IMG/VR virus record: IMGVR_UViG_3300031519_006853
Location: 117,664-181,663 of that record
Origin: a virus
Reading direction: 5' to 3' (one strand)
Length of the DNA stretch: 64,000 nucleotides
The translations under genes were made by a program, and so were the position numbers. The notes below the pieces were generated by a model. It made no database searches and had not been told where the DNA came from. It saw only the letters and a list, made by a program, of their open reading frames with translations. Position 1 is the first letter of the stretch. Every line of letters starts with the position of its first letter. Below, piece after piece: positions 7,704-17,784 of this stretch.

Positions 7704-8285
7704 GTGAGGCTATTTGAAGCAAATAAAAGAAATGCAATTACCATATTTGATGTGGATGATACTCTTGTAGTTACTCGTAGTAAAATTAAAGTTCATAATC
7801 CTAAAACTGGCTTTTCAGCTGATCTTACTCCACAAGAATTTAATACATTTAAGACTAGACCAAATGATAAAATGGATTTTTCAGATTTTCAAAGTTTGGA
7901 TATTCTTAAAGCTGGTAAAATTATTGAATGGGTTTTCTCAATATTAAAAAGAACTATACAAAAAGGTAAGGCTGTTGGTATTATAACAGCAAGAGATGAT
8001 TCAAAACTTATTCAACAATTTTTGTCTCATAATGGAATTAACATAAACCCACAATACATATTTGCTATTAATGATTCTTCATTAGGATTTAAAGGTTCTA
8101 CATCAGAGAAGAAAAAGGAAGCATTTAAAAAATTCATAGATATGGGATTTAATGATTTTACATTTTTTGATGATGATGAAGATAATATTAAATTAGCTAA
8201 GTCTTTAAGTAAAGAACCTAATATTAAAATGAAAGCTAAACTAATTAAAAGCAAATGGATTCCAAAATTCGACGACTTCAAGTAA
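7704..8285 (+). CDS. HAD-superfamily phosphatase (Pnkp-phosphatase / RNA-repair-like)
   Basis: IFDVDDTL (motif I), ITAR (II), K (III), FFDDD (IV). GTG start, N-terminus MRLFE|A. Confidence 0.75.
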   Translation: MRLFEANKRNAITIFDVDDTLVVTRSKIKVHNPKTGFSADLTPQEFNTFKTRPNDKMDFSDFQSLDILKAGKIIEWVFSILKRTIQKGKAVGIITARDDSKLIQQFLSHNGININPQYIFAINDSSLGFKGSTSEKKKEAFKKFIDMGFNDFTFFDDDEDNIKLAKSLSKEPNIKMKAKLIKSKWIPKFDDFK

Positions 8286-8728
8286 AGATAGAAACCTTTT
8301 CTAAAATTTTAGATAATATAAAAAATCTTTCCAATTCTTCAACAACCAAAGTAGGGTGCATTGCATTAAGAAAGGATTTTAGTAAAATTGCAAGCTTTGG
8401 TTATAACGGATCTTATAGTGGTGCAAATGATAATGAAAAAACAGGTACCGAAGAAGATAGTCTAATACCAGGGGAAAGTGGCTTTATTCATGCTGAGGTA
8501 AATATGATTGCTAAATTTAAAGAACATGACCCCGAAAATTACATTGTTCTTTTAACATTGTCTCCATGTAAAATGTGTACAAAAATTCTAGTTAATGCTG
8601 GATTTAAACATGTATATTGGATTGATGATTATCGTAACCTAGATCATTTACAAATTTTTAAACAATGTAATATTACAAATGGGCCTATATCATTACTCGC
8701 AGATGACTACCATCTAATCAAAGACTGA
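8255..8728 (+). CDS. dCMP deaminase
   Basis: KVGC, GYNG, HAEVN and SPCKMC zinc-deaminase motifs. Confidence 0.9.
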   Translation: MDSKIRRLQVKIETFSKILDNIKNLSNSSTTKVGCIALRKDFSKIASFGYNGSYSGANDNEKTGTEEDSLIPGESGFIHAEVNMIAKFKEHDPENYIVLLTLSPCKMCTKILVNAGFKHVYWIDDYRNLDHLQIFKQCNITNGPISLLADDYHLIKD

Positions 8729-8753
8729 ATATATAAAAAAATAATAGATCCCA

Positions 8754-9329
8754 TTGATTTTAGAAGGAATAACATTTAAGTTAGCTTTAGACTTTTTTAC
8801 CTTTTTGAAAAAAAATAAAATAACCTCTACAAGTATAAAGGTTGATTTTTTCAATAGAGTGAAACATGAATATATTGATTTTGCAGATGTTACTGCGATG
8901 GAAGTATACTACAGTACTAATTATAGTCCTCTTAATAATTGTAACTTAGGAGATTTGGTTTCTATTTCATTTTTCTTAGCCACGAGTAATCTTTATGATT
9001 TTACAACCGAATTCAAAGCAATGGATGTTACTAATAACCTAAAGCTTGAAACAGGTTCTGCATATGATAGACAACGAAAAGCCGGAAGACAAGTATTTAT
9101 AGATAGGCAAATTCAATTAATCAAGAATGCAGTTACTGATTATGTAAAGTATTACTCAGAGTTAAAATATATTTATGTAACTGGAATTTATTCACCTTGT
9201 TATGCAGTACCAGGTTGGTCTGAAAACACATGGTATCTTAAATCTTTCCGTGAAGCATTTATTTCACCAAAGGATACTTCGCAGTTTCCATACAATGATG
9301 TAAAGATTGAGGAATTCCCCCCAAACTAA
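8754..9329 (+). CDS. hypothetical protein (late-promoter preceded)
   Basis: 191 aa with a TTG start, preceded by GAATATATAA. No recognisable motif. Confidence 0.65.
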   Translation: MILEGITFKLALDFFTFLKKNKITSTSIKVDFFNRVKHEYIDFADVTAMEVYYSTNYSPLNNCNLGDLVSISFFLATSNLYDFTTEFKAMDVTNNLKLETGSAYDRQRKAGRQVFIDRQIQLIKNAVTDYVKYYSELKYIYVTGIYSPCYAVPGWSENTWYLKSFREAFISPKDTSQFPYNDVKIEEFPPN

Positions 9330-9370
9330 ATATATAAAGAAGAAGAATAAATAAAAAAATATTTAACTCA

Positions 9371-12300
9371 ATGGCAACGTCATTTAACCTACAAGAATAT
9401 ATTCTTTTCAGAACAGAAATAAAAAGAGAGCTCACCAATAACGAGGTTGATACTAATTTTAAAATGGTAGCTAACCCATGGGAAACTACTAGAATATATG
9501 AAATAGGAAACATTGTATATCATCCTGTTATCGTGGATGATCCTGCTACTACAGGTGAAGATCAAGTCTTAGCTTGGTGGAGAGCAAATGCAAGAACTAC
9601 ACAAGGTGTATTTGATACTAGTCAATGGGATATAATCGGTGGATTAGGTTCAGGTAATATTAATATACAAGGATCAGTAGGTTTTGGAAAAATTAATGTA
9701 AATTCAACTGCTGCTGCATCATTCCAAGCAGGTAATGATGCTTTAATAACTTCAACTACACCTAATGATACTTTTAATTTTATTGCAGGGCAAGGAATGC
9801 AACTACAATATGATTTAACTTCTAAGTCAATAAAGTTAGTAAACACACTAGCTGCTAATCCAGGTGAGGTTAATGTAGGTGAAAATATTGGAACAGGAAC
9901 TGGGCACCAGGATGTTTATGCTGGTAAGGTTGGTCTTAATTTACAATTTAATGGATTTCAGTCAACCAATACTGGTACAGGCGATGCATTATCTATAAGT
10001 ACAAATAGTACACAAAAAAATATTGAATATAATTTTAATGAAGGGTTAGTTGATCTTGCTGAATTAAATAGCGGAGTACCAACAATTGGTATGCTATCTG
10101 ATGTATCTCCGAATGTTCCTAATCCTCAAGATATTTTACAATGGAATGTTGGTAATGGTTTATGGACTCCAATACCATTAGGCTCATTAGGACAAGTAAA
10201 TATTTATGGTAATGATGGAAGTATTGCATCAGCAGGAAGGATTGTTTCTTTAAATGGTGGGGCTGGGCAATTACAATTTAATAGGATTAATGAAGCTGGT
10301 ACAGGTATACATTTTGAAAATACAGCAGCTACTCATCAATTACAATTAAGAAATGCTGCTGCAAATGGAAATGCTGCAACACAATATACTTTAAATGCTT
10401 TAATAAAAGCTACAGCGGGTATATTTGGTGGATCTAGTGAAGATTCATTTGGAATTAATATAGGTACTACCGGGTTAGCAGGTTTATCTGTAGATGCTTT
10501 AAGTATATCTAGTAATAGTGAATTATTCATACCTCAGATTGCTACAGATACGGTTACAGCAGCGAGTGTTAATTTTAGAATTCCTTTTGTTAATGAGGGA
10601 ACAGTTGTTCCTGGAAATACTGCGGTGGATACAGGTAAGTTTGAATCTACTAATAATTATAGATTAAGTTCTTATTCTGATCAAGGCGGAGCTGTTGATA
10701 TGATTTCTATTTTACATGAAGGAGATTATGCATTAACTGGTGTAAGTACTTTAAATACTACTTCAACTACATCATTCTCGTTTGATAATGAACATGACTT
10801 TGGTGCTACTTCAGGTTTAAGAGTTGGGTACGGTTTATACATGAATTATAAGACACCTACAAATATTGAAGGTGTTAATATTTTACAGTGGATGGATAAG
10901 ATAAATACTCGCTATATAGGAAGCCAAATACAAACAGATTCAACTAGTGATATAGCTACCAAGTATATTGGTTCTAATATTGCACTTGATAATAAAACAG
11001 GTGTAGCAATTAATGTTGGTCAAATTATTTCATTTACTGGTAGCGGAACAGATCCACAGAGAGTTGGTCTGTATTCTAATGTTATAGATTCAGAAGCAAG
11101 CTCTGATAGCGAACCAGTGTTAACTGATTTAATTGCTGATAATGGTACATGGGCTGGTTATTTTGTAGGTTGTGTTAATATTAAAGATGGTGGATTAGTT
11201 CTACCTTCTTCAACTTTTGCAAACAGACCATTATGTAATGATGTAAGTGGTGGAACAGTTGCAGATAGAACTCTATGGATTAATTCTGCAAATGGACATT
11301 TATATAGAGGAGAGGTTGATGTCGAAGATGTCTTTGGTTCTATTGGATTAACAAATTTAACTGATGTTGATATTACAAATGTTCAAGATGATCAACTCTT
11401 AGTATATAATAGTTCTACAAGTAAATGGGAAAATGCAAGTTTATCTGCGTATAATTTAAATGCTATTGATTTAACAGGTGGTGGCGTAAGTTTACAATTA
11501 AGTGATGGTGTGGCTAGTAGTGATATTGATTTATTGCCTGGTACAGGTATATCTTTTAGTGTAGATGAAGCAACTGATGAAATAACTATTACTGCAACTG
11601 GTGGTAGTGGGGCGCAAGGTGCAGCAGGACAACAAGGAGCAACAGGAGCAGGACAACAAGGTGCAGCAGGACAGCAAGGTGATAATGGTGCTCAAGGTAA
11701 TAATGGTGCTCAAGGTAATAATGGTGCTCAAGGTGCAGCAGGACAACAAGGAGCAACAGGAGCAGGACAACAAGGTGCAGCAGGACAGCAAGGTGATACT
11801 GGTGCTCAAGGTGCAGCAGGACAACAAGGAGCAACAGGAGCAGGACAACAAGGTGCAGCAGGGCAACAAGGTGCAGCAGGACAACAAGGTGCAGCAGGAC
11901 AACAAGGTGATACAGGAGCTCAAGGTGATACAGGAGCTCAAGGTGCAGCAGGACAACAAGGTGATACAGGAGCTCAAGGTGCAGCGGGACAGCAAGGTGC
12001 AGCAGGACAACAAGGTGCAGCAGGACAACAAGGTGCAGCAGGACAACAAGGTGCAGCAGGACAACAAGGTGCAGCAGGACAACAAGGTGCAGCAGGACAA
12101 CAAGGTGCAGCAGGTGGTTGTGTTGAAATATTATCAACAAATTATATTTCACGGAATCCATTAAATGCAGGTTCACTTCAAAATTTTGAAGTTGCCGTAG
12201 ATGTAGTATCTGGAGATTTTACATCAAATATTCAACGAATATTTTTAGGTTTTACTAGTGGTGCTATACAACCGACTACAGGTTTACCAATAGGTAGTAC

Positions 12301-13084
12301 AATAACACTATCAGAATCGCCTGCAAATACTGTAACATCTGTGTATACTGTAACTGCTTCGTCTGTAGTTGGCGTTACAGGAAATCTATATAATGTTACT
12401 TTTCTTTCTGGTAATGATATTAGTAATACTGGGACACCGCATCGAGTATGTACTTCAACTGCAGGAATACAAGGTGCGCAAGGTGATATAGGAGCAAGCG
12501 GTGGCTTTAGTACTATTGCTCAGTCATCTATGTCAGGAGGCGGAAATGCCCCAGCTAAAATAACAAATGGTTATGCATTTGGGTATAAGGTTGCTTCATT
12601 TGCATCTTCACCAGCTACTTATACTGGATCTGGTGAATTAATGATAGAAAATACAGGAGCCTCTTGGCCGATCTACCAATTAGGTGTATTTAATCCTATG
12701 GGTGTTACTAGGACGAATACTAGAGCCATGAGATTAATTGCAAATATTACTTTACATGGAAATAAATCAGTTACAAATGTACAAAGAACATGCCATTTTA
12801 TAGTGGAAAGAATTAATGTCTTAGGTCCTAATACTGCATTTACTACACTGGGAGCAACAGCAGTTAATGAATACTCATCTACTGATCAAACACCTGCTAT
12901 AGTATCAGGAGCTACGTTTGCCCATAACTTTCAAATTTCAGATTCATTTACTATGTTAGCATTCAATAGTGCAGATCTGATATCTGTAGGCTTTGGTTTT
13001 TCTGAAGTAGGTGGTGCATTTATACCAGCAGATTTTGACTTTAGCCTTACATGGAAAATTGTTGAAGAAGGAGCAGCATCGTAA
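9371..13084 (+). CDS. collagen-like tail fibre / virion appendage protein
   Basis: 1237 aa. N-terminal [10 protein letters not shown] anchor motif, a W..T..Y..G..V module, Gly/Asn/Thr-rich beta segments and a long G-X-Y region. Confidence 0.75.
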   Translation: MATSFNLQEYILFRTEIKRELTNNEVDTNFKMVANPWETTRIYEIGNIVYHPVIVDDPATTGEDQVLAWWRANARTTQGVFDTSQWDIIGGLGSGNINIQGSVGFGKINVNSTAAASFQAGNDALITSTTPNDTFNFIAGQGMQLQYDLTSKSIKLVNTLAANPGEVNVGENIGTGTGHQDVYAGKVGLNLQFNGFQSTNTGTGDALSISTNSTQKNIEYNFNEGLVDLAELNSGVPTIGMLSDVSPNVPNPQDILQWNVGNGLWTPIPLGSLGQVNIYGNDGSIASAGRIVSLNGGAGQLQFNRINEAGTGIHFENTAATHQLQLRNAAANGNAATQYTLNALIKATAGIFGGSSEDSFGINIGTTGLAGLSVDALSISSNSELFIPQIATDTVTAASVNFRIPFVNEGTVVPGNTAVDTGKFESTNNYRLSSYSDQGGAVDMISILHEGDYALTGVSTLNTTSTTSFSFDNEHDFGATSGLRVGYGLYMNYKTPTNIEGVNILQWMDKINTRYIGSQIQTDSTSDIATKYIGSNIALDNKTGVAINVGQIISFTGSGTDPQRVGLYSNVIDSEASSDSEPVLTDLIADNGTWAGYFVGCVNIKDGGLVLPSSTFANRPLCNDVSGGTVADRTLWINSANGHLYRGEVDVEDVFGSIGLTNLTDVDITNVQDDQLLVYNSSTSKWENASLSAYNLNAIDLTGGGVSLQLSDGVASSDIDLLPGTGISFSVDEATDEITITATGGSGAQGAAGQQGATGAGQQGAAGQQGDNGAQGNNGAQGNNGAQGAAGQQGATGAGQQGAAGQQGDTGAQGAAGQQGATGAGQQGAAGQQGAAGQQGAAGQQGDTGAQGDTGAQGAAGQQGDTGAQGAAGQQGAAGQQGAAGQQGAAGQQGAAGQQGAAGQQGAAGQQGAAGGCVEILSTNYISRNPLNAGSLQNFEVAVDVVSGDFTSNIQRIFLGFTSGAIQPTTGLPIGSTITLSESPANTVTSVYTVTASSVVGVTGNLYNVTFLSGNDISNTGTPHRVCTSTAGIQGAQGDIGASGGFSTIAQSSMSGGGNAPAKITNGYAFGYKVASFASSPATYTGSGELMIENTGASWPIYQLGVFNPMGVTRTNTRAMRLIANITLHGNKSVTNVQRTCHFIVERINVLGPNTAFTTLGATAVNEYSSTDQTPAIVSGATFAHNFQISDSFTMLAFNSADLISVGFGFSEVGGAFIPADFDFSLTWKIVEEGAAS
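11609..12115 (+). repeat. Collagen-like tandem repeat ([12 protein letters not shown]), 9- and 18-bp units
   Basis: Tandem GGTGCAGCAGGACAACAA units plus GGTGATACAGGAGCTCAA variants, with recurrent two-residue GA interruptions (GATGA-GQQ). Confidence 0.95.
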
Positions 13085-13088
13085 TCTT

Positions 13089-13115
13089 AAACAATTATTA
13101 TATTTAATGTATAAT
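13089..13115 (+). promoter_or_regulatory. AAACAA-N15-TATAAT promoter-like motif
   Basis: Same bipartite pattern as 4012-4039, 21932-21959, 52168-52195 and 60442-60468, all intergenic and before non-structural genes. Confidence 0.55.
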
Positions 13116-13131
13116 AATAAATACACAAATA

Positions 13132-13704
13132 ATGCAAAAGGATAATACTGAGGAAAACATACTAGGTGTGAATTCACCTTTACCTGGTGAGAAAACCGAA
13201 GAAGCAACAGATAGTAAATATTTTCAATGGATTAAAGGTGAAGATACTGGTACAGTAGTTAATATTAAAGATATAGATGATCAATGGATTAATTTTACCA
13301 ACGGTCGTAGATTGGCTAAAGATCTTAGGGATGAATTTATTCAACCATTAGATGAAGAGCTTGCTAAAGAATTTATAAAAACTGAAGCAACGCCTACTTT
13401 ACTATCCACACCAATTAGTGTAGCAGTTAGCAATGACGCACCAATTTCTGTAAAGCAAATTTCACCTATTAGAGTTTTATTTAATAAGCAAAAGAAAAAT
13501 AATAAAGTAAAACTTCTTTTAGAATTTCCTATAAACATTCCAACAAAAGGCGTTTATGAATTAATGAGTACATCATTTGATAAAGAAGAGGTTGATGAAA
13601 AGTTACATGACTTTATTTCAGAGCAATTAGATGAAGATGAAATTACTGATTGTTTATTTGATAGTATTAAATCATTAATCGAGAGCAAGTACAAAGGCGA
13701 ATAG
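13132..13704 (+). CDS. hypothetical protein
   Basis: 190-aa acidic ORF. No motif recognised. Confidence 0.7.
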   Translation: MQKDNTEENILGVNSPLPGEKTEEATDSKYFQWIKGEDTGTVVNIKDIDDQWINFTNGRRLAKDLRDEFIQPLDEELAKEFIKTEATPTLLSTPISVAVSNDAPISVKQISPIRVLFNKQKKNNKVKLLLEFPINIPTKGVYELMSTSFDKEEVDEKLHDFISEQLDEDEITDCLFDSIKSLIESKYKGE

Positions 13705-13743
13705 CATACTTTATAACTAGTAATATATAATAAAATCAATCAT

Positions 13744-14130
13744 ATGAACGAGACTACAAATCAAAGAATACCAAATCGTAGCCAAAGAAGAAGGGCAATG
13801 AAACACCAAGGAATCTTAAAAATGAAAAGTAAATTATCATTAAAAGATTGGACCGAATTATGCAAACAAACAAGAGAAAAAGGTAATGAGATTCATGCTG
13901 CTAATGTTGATGCTTCTGAAAAATCTACTTATGCTGCATTAGAAGCTGCTGAGGTTATTCATATAAGTAGATGGAAAGAAGAAGGATATACAGATAAAGA
14001 AATAGAAAAATTAAGAGAAGCATATTCTCTTATAATGATTAAAGATAAATCTACATGGCATACTGATAAAAAAGTTGCAAGAAAAACAATCAAAGAATTA
14101 GCATCTAAATTATATAATAGAAAATCGTAA
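13744..14130 (+). CDS. hypothetical basic protein
   Basis: 128 aa with an N-terminal NRSQRRR motif, preceded by TAATATATAA. Confidence 0.7.
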   Translation: MNETTNQRIPNRSQRRRAMKHQGILKMKSKLSLKDWTELCKQTREKGNEIHAANVDASEKSTYAALEAAEVIHISRWKEEGYTDKEIEKLREAYSLIMIKDKSTWHTDKKVARKTIKELASKLYNRKS

Positions 14131-14460
14131 ATGATTAAGATAGTTTTAGAACCTGCCAGGAATGGTGTAATTAAAAAAGTCATTGATGATAATCACGGTG
14201 GTGGTAAAGAACACTTTACTTCAACAGATGTTTATGAATCAAATGAAAATGATAAGAATCAATTTAGCTATATAAAAAGATTCTTTTTTGATTTATGCGA
14301 TGATCTTGGTTTAGAGTTAGGTAGTAAATTTGATAAAAAAGTATTAGATATTAATACACAATGGGGAACTCACTATGAACCTACTGTTAAAGATATTGAA
14401 TTTAAAATAAAAAGACTTAAGAGTGAGCTTAAGGAATTAGAAGAATGGAAGAACATATAG
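14131..14460 (+). CDS. hypothetical protein
   Basis: 109 aa, abutting the upstream stop codon. Confidence 0.7.
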   Translation: MIKIVLEPARNGVIKKVIDDNHGGGKEHFTSTDVYESNENDKNQFSYIKRFFFDLCDDLGLELGSKFDKKVLDINTQWGTHYEPTVKDIEFKIKRLKSELKELEEWKNI

Positions 14461-14834
14461 AATTTAATTTCATATACTCTAGTGATGCATTACGCGTTAA
14501 AACATTCTTAGGAAAAGTTCCTAGGAGTATTGAGTGTATAAATTATATGGATATATTTAACAAACTTACAAAAAACGACTTTTATCAATATGAACCATCT
14601 GATGCAGTAGTATCATCTTATTTAATGAGACAATTACAAAATGCAATAGGTCGTAATATTTCTACAACAATATTTTATGTTTTAGGAAATCTTAATAAAG
14701 AAACAGTTGGAGGAATACAGTCATATGTAGAATCACTTTCTGATAAACCTATTACTTATACAATTTATCATTCACCTGATATTACTGTCAACGGAACTGC
14801 AGAGCTATTCGATGACATAATAGAGTTTGAATGA
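14445..14834 (+). CDS. hypothetical protein
   Basis: 129 aa, overlapping both neighbours. Confidence 0.7.
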   Translation: MEEHIEFNFIYSSDALRVKTFLGKVPRSIECINYMDIFNKLTKNDFYQYEPSDAVVSSYLMRQLQNAIGRNISTTIFYVLGNLNKETVGGIQSYVESLSDKPITYTIYHSPDITVNGTAELFDDIIEFE

Positions 14835-15394
14835 AAACACACAGAATATTTAATAAAGGACAGAACGTATACTGCTTGTTAGCATCTCATACTAATCCTA
14901 ACATTCTTTTACCTGTTAAAGGTATTATACTTGATTCTAAATGGGATCCTGTAAATCCGCTATATCAAATTCGTATTATTAAGTTTTATGATAATATGAA
15001 ATTTTTAAAACAACATTTCTTTGATATGAATTTTAGGCACTTGTTTGAAAACAGAGCCAGGAAGATGATTCTAAAGGCTGAAGATTTTAAAACTGCTAAG
15101 GTATTAGAGAATAGATTAAATGAAAAAGATAGAGAAAGATTTTATGTTGTCATAGAATCAGTAATGTGTACTAAAACAAAGGTTGGTCTTTCAGAATTAT
15201 TTGAAAAGGTTCAACTATATATGATTTCTAAAAACTTAAAAGAAATTAGGGATATATCAACCCGGCCTTTTTTTAAAGGGCCACTATCATTAGATAGTCC
15301 TAAAGAATTTGATGCAAGGTATAAAAATAGCTGGTCAGATAAATTTGAAAAAAGTAACCTAGACATAGATAAGTATCTTAATAGCCTAGGTTAA
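14831..15394 (+). CDS. hypothetical protein
   Basis: 187 aa with an ATGA overlap. The N-terminus (FNKGQNVYC...VKGIILD) is possibly SH3/KOW-like. Confidence 0.7.
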   Translation: MKTHRIFNKGQNVYCLLASHTNPNILLPVKGIILDSKWDPVNPLYQIRIIKFYDNMKFLKQHFFDMNFRHLFENRARKMILKAEDFKTAKVLENRLNEKDRERFYVVIESVMCTKTKVGLSELFEKVQLYMISKNLKEIRDISTRPFFKGPLSLDSPKEFDARYKNSWSDKFEKSNLDIDKYLNSLG

Positions 15395-15423
15395 ATATAT
15401 AATAAAAATAACCTATCTTTATG
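15387..15423 (+). promoter_or_regulatory. Late-promoter motif inside a hairpin covering the translation-initiation region
   Basis: TAGGTTA (15387-15393) / TAACCTA (15409-15415) encloses AATATATAA (15394-15402). The ATG is at 15421. Confidence 0.55.
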
Positions 15424-17220
15424 GCTTTTGATTTTTCTAATTCAGTTGAGAATATTAATGATGCAATGTACCCTAATCCGTTTAAAGCTAATCCTAATTT
15501 AGTAGGACCTTTTGGCGGTGAAGCTATTGGGTTTGCTAAAGGTGTTGGTGAATTATATAGTAGAAATTTTTACACTGGAGAAGGTACTGTGCCAGATGCT
15601 TCAACGGTCCCTAATGGCATGACTAATTCAAAATTAGCCAGTTCTTTAGCCAATAGGTATGCTTTATTTAATTTTACTGGATTTAATGGATCATTACCAC
15701 AAAATACAAAAACTAATTATATTGATAGTCCAAATAATCCTTTAATGGGTGGAACAAACGCACAAAATGTTTCATTACCAAAGATCATAAATTATTTTGA
15801 TGAAAATTATCCAAAGATAAGTTATAAACCATCAGATTTTTTATATTCTAAATATTACAAGAAAATTCCTGTTAATCATTTAATTACATTAAGAAGGTTT
15901 CCAACACCTATCACAGATAATATTTATAATTATAATATTAGGCCTAAAGATAGCGAAGATTCTGTTGATGGTACACAGGTTGCTGGTGTAACTGCAATAA
16001 CCTACTTAGGAGAAACTGCTGGTAATACTTTAGAAGAACTTCTTAAAATGTCATTTGGTTTAAACTTTAAAGAATTAACAGCTGAAATGGAAGCTGTTGA
16101 TACTGGCGGTGCAGGTGGTGGATATACGCAACAACCTTTTTATAATAAAATAGGTGGAATTGGTAGAGCTGTTTCTGATGCATCAAAAGGAGTAACACCA
16201 GGTGCTAAGTTTAGGGCACAAAATGGTGCAGGGACTTCAACTGCTGATAGGTTAGGTACTACTTATGCAAACTTTGTACTAGGTCCTATTAATGTAGTAG
16301 ACAAGACAATGATTAGAGATAGAGGTTTAAAGTTTCAAAATGATATGAAATTACAATTTGAATATGAGCTTAAATCGTTGAGTTATGTTAATCCTAAAAT
16401 AGCTATGATTGATATTATTAGTAATATGTTAACTATGACTACGAACAATGCTCAATTCTTTGGAGGTGGGCATAGATATTATGGTAGTGCTGGTTATGTA
16501 GGAAGTCAATTTGGAGATGTTAACAAATTAAGGAATGGTGATTTTTCTGGTTATATGGGGAGTGTTGTAAATGATGTAGAGAATGGTATGAAAGGTTTAT
16601 TTGGCGATGCTAATGGTAACTTTGATGCAAACAGTATTGTTGATGGTTTAAAGAATGTTGGTAAAACATTATTAGGAAATATGCTTGGTGGCTTTTTAGG
16701 TAGCCAGGTTGGTGGCCAAACTGGTACACAGGCAACAAAAGCTTTTATTAGCGGTGAACCAACCGGTGATTGGCATGTTACTGTAGGTAATCCACTTAAT
16801 CCAATTGTAATGATGGGTAATATGATATGTGATAATACAACAATGACACTAGGCCAAGGATTAGGATACGATGATTTTCCAATGGAAGTTAAATTTGAAT
16901 TAGATTTAAAACATGGTAAGCCAAGAGATAAAGGTGATATAGAAAATATGTTTAATGCTGGACAAGGTAGAATATATGCATCAGCTGCAAATGTTGAGGA
17001 TGTTTTAAATTTAGCAGGTAAAGAAACTGAAACTTATGGATCTGTCCCTGATGTAGGAACTAGTAGTTTACAACCGTCTGCTAACCAAGCACCTGCCGCA
17101 TCATTTACAAATGAACAGATTAGTAATATTAATAACAGGACAGCAGCATCATCCCCACAAGCCCAAGCAACATCAGGGGAGTATGTTAGTAATTTAACAC
17201 AAATGTTAATTGACTCATAA
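15421..17220 (+). CDS. putative baseplate/tail structural protein
   Basis: 599 aa, Gly/Asn-rich, first gene of the baseplate cluster. Possibly gp48/gp54-like by position only. Confidence 0.5.
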   Translation: MAFDFSNSVENINDAMYPNPFKANPNLVGPFGGEAIGFAKGVGELYSRNFYTGEGTVPDASTVPNGMTNSKLASSLANRYALFNFTGFNGSLPQNTKTNYIDSPNNPLMGGTNAQNVSLPKIINYFDENYPKISYKPSDFLYSKYYKKIPVNHLITLRRFPTPITDNIYNYNIRPKDSEDSVDGTQVAGVTAITYLGETAGNTLEELLKMSFGLNFKELTAEMEAVDTGGAGGGYTQQPFYNKIGGIGRAVSDASKGVTPGAKFRAQNGAGTSTADRLGTTYANFVLGPINVVDKTMIRDRGLKFQNDMKLQFEYELKSLSYVNPKIAMIDIISNMLTMTTNNAQFFGGGHRYYGSAGYVGSQFGDVNKLRNGDFSGYMGSVVNDVENGMKGLFGDANGNFDANSIVDGLKNVGKTLLGNMLGGFLGSQVGGQTGTQATKAFISGEPTGDWHVTVGNPLNPIVMMGNMICDNTTMTLGQGLGYDDFPMEVKFELDLKHGKPRDKGDIENMFNAGQGRIYASAANVEDVLNLAGKETETYGSVPDVGTSSLQPSANQAPAASFTNEQISNINNRTAASSPQAQATSGEYVSNLTQMLIDS

Positions 17221-17235
17221 AAGAAAAATTTAAAT

Positions 17236-17781
17236 ATGAACATTAAATCTCTTACACTTAAAAATAAGTTGTCAATCGAAAAAACTGGAGAACAGTATTT
17301 TGATTTAACTGCGCCATCATTTAAATATAGAAGAGAGCTAGGTGTAAAAGCTTTACATTATGTTACGCAGGATCAGGTAGGCCGAATTGATAAAATATCA
17401 GAAAAGTATTTTGGAACAGGCCAATACATAGATGCTATCTGTGTAATCAATAATATATTTAATCCATTTAGTGTTAATGAAGGTGACATTTTAGCAATAC
17501 CTCAATTAAAAAATGAAAACCTTGTTTACAAAAGACCTAATCCAGCATCAAGACCAAGTGCTACATTAGCTCAGTATGTTAACACTGAACAACAAAGTGA
17601 AATTGATCAATCAAGAATACAAAGATTAATACAAAAAGCAAAAACTAAAAAGACTGGAGTTAAAGCTCCAATACCACCTAATATGTTACAGCAAGGACAA
17701 GCTGCTAAAGTATTCGAAGGTGGCAAAATTAAATTAGGAGCAAATTTACCAACTAGAAATAGTACTAACACAGAATCATAA
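17236..17781 (+). CDS. LysM-like baseplate wedge protein (T4 gp53-like)
   Basis: GRIDKISEKYFG...I..IN.I.NPFSVNEGDILAIP is the LysM-like gp53/tail-X signature. Confidence 0.75.
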   Translation: MNIKSLTLKNKLSIEKTGEQYFDLTAPSFKYRRELGVKALHYVTQDQVGRIDKISEKYFGTGQYIDAICVINNIFNPFSVNEGDILAIPQLKNENLVYKRPNPASRPSATLAQYVNTEQQSEIDQSRIQRLIQKAKTKKTGVKAPIPPNMLQQGQAAKVFEGGKIKLGANLPTRNSTNTES

Positions 17782-17784
17782 GGT

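Noticed and set aside
9306-9372. Possible start-occluding hairpin ATTGAG/CTCAAT before the collagen fibre gene (similar weak pairings at 8712-8748 and 56530-56577)
   Set aside because: Only 5-6 bp with loops of roughly 30-55 nt, which is expected by chance in AT-rich DNA.
11609-12115. Tandem repeats as a possible CRISPR array
   Set aside because: There are no unique spacers, and the units are in-frame multiples of 3 encoding G-X-Y.
11531-12176. Three alternative-frame ORFs (11531-12103 -, 11589-12176 -, 11601-12164 +) with CCTLLS, HLVVLL and KVQQDN repeats
   Set aside because: They are stop-free shadows of the collagen repeat within the 1237-aa gene and have no independent start context.
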